NCBI GenBank assembly: GCA_038087875.1
Contig: CM075989.1
Span: forward strand, 16,308,001-16,372,000
Reading direction: 5' to 3'
Length of the DNA stretch: 64,000 nucleotides
Source: Malacoraja senta
Taxonomy: Eukaryota
Shown here: piece after piece, positions 63,100-64,000 of the stretch
Position numbering within the stretch: the stretch's first letter is position 1
How the letters are laid out: each line of letters begins with the position of its first letter
The notes under the pieces: generated by a model
Databases searched by the model: none
The model's input: only the letters and a program-made list of their open reading frames with translations
What the model was told of the DNA's origin: nothing
Made by a program: the position numbers and the translations under genes

Positions 63100-63824
63100 G
63101 TCAGTGGGAAATTCCCCTCTTCAATTTATTCCTGCAACCATTTAATGCCTTAGTTTCCAAGTAGCTGGGGGTAGCAAAGGCTAAGCTTGAGACTGATGCG
63201 TTGGTATAATTTATTGAAGATCGGATTTTTTTAAATATCAGTAAGGTTTGGGTAAATTTAAAAAGGTACAAACAGCAATATTCATATTTTCCCCCTGAAA
63301 TGGAAAGTGATACTTTTCCTAAAATGTTGACCTTGATTTTAACCAACAACTGCCTTGTATTGCAAGCCTTTTCTGTTTGTGTAATAAACCTGCTGGTTAT
63401 AAACAGATGCACTGTGGCATTTAACATAAAATCGTGGTCAGGGAAATACAATAAATTGTTTGTCATTTTTAACAGAAAATGATTAGTTCTGCATGTCACT
63501 TTAAGTCGGTAGTATCGCACAAGGCCATAGATTTTAGAATTTACATAAAGAATGAGATCAAATTGTGGATTTTCCCAGATACAGCTGTGGGATTCTATGT
63601 GGTAAAAACATAATTTGAACCACTCATTCAGGTTATTGTCCCAGTTAGGTGATTCCAGTCATGATAACCAGCTTCCTCAATTAGTTAATAATTTACATTG
63701 CTAAATATTGTATAGACATAGACCTCTTTATTTTTGTAGCAATTAATAATTGTAGAATCTTTTAAATTACTGCAGCTTTAATATTGAGTAAAGAATTAAT
63801 AAATTTGTGTTTAAACTGTTACAG

Positions 63825-63957
63825 GGATCTAGGTATTGATCCAGGGGTGACTGCAGCACCATATCCACCAGGTCATCTTCATCCTCACTTGGCTCATTAC
63901 CACCCTCCTCCACCTCCTCGACTACATCATTTCCCAATTGGAGCATTGCCGTTTATG
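63825..63957 (+). CDS. RNF111: RNF111 exon 10; downstream RING-H2 exons are outside the window
   Basis: ttacag|[57 protein letters not shown]; phases 2 to 0. Confidence 0.95.
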
Positions 63958-64000
63958 GTGAGCAAATTAATAGATGATAATCCAATTTTAAAATGATTCT

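Overview
Eukaryotic vertebrate DNA, most likely an elasmobranch (skate, ray or shark), judging from HE1-type V-SINEs and CR1/HER1 LINEs. The first coding exon of SLTM (SAP domain, - strand, 968-1102) lies head-to-head with RNF111/Arkadia (+ strand) across a ~2 kb CpG-rich, repeat-laden promoter region. RNF111 has a probable non-coding exon 1 (~3100-3356) and nine coding exons (27130-63957). All nine have canonical, phase-consistent GT-AG junctions and give ~810 aa including the three SUMO-interacting motifs. The RING-H2 exons lie beyond the window. Introns are filled with CR1, Rex1/Babar and L2 LINE fragments, HE1-like SINEs, four copies of an IR/DR Tc1 transposon, and hAT and Harbinger MITEs. 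The most interesting signal is a dispersed family of ~100-200 bp Penelope-type insertions that carry a minimal hammerhead-ribozyme core (CTGAAGA-A-GGGT-N4-ACCC-GAAAC-GTC). Three copies have 13-14 bp target-site duplications and two intact cores are sense to the RNF111 pre-mRNA. No prokaryotic-type systems (CRISPR, retron etc.) are supported. Repeat boundaries are read by eye and approximate unless TIR/TSD coordinates are given.
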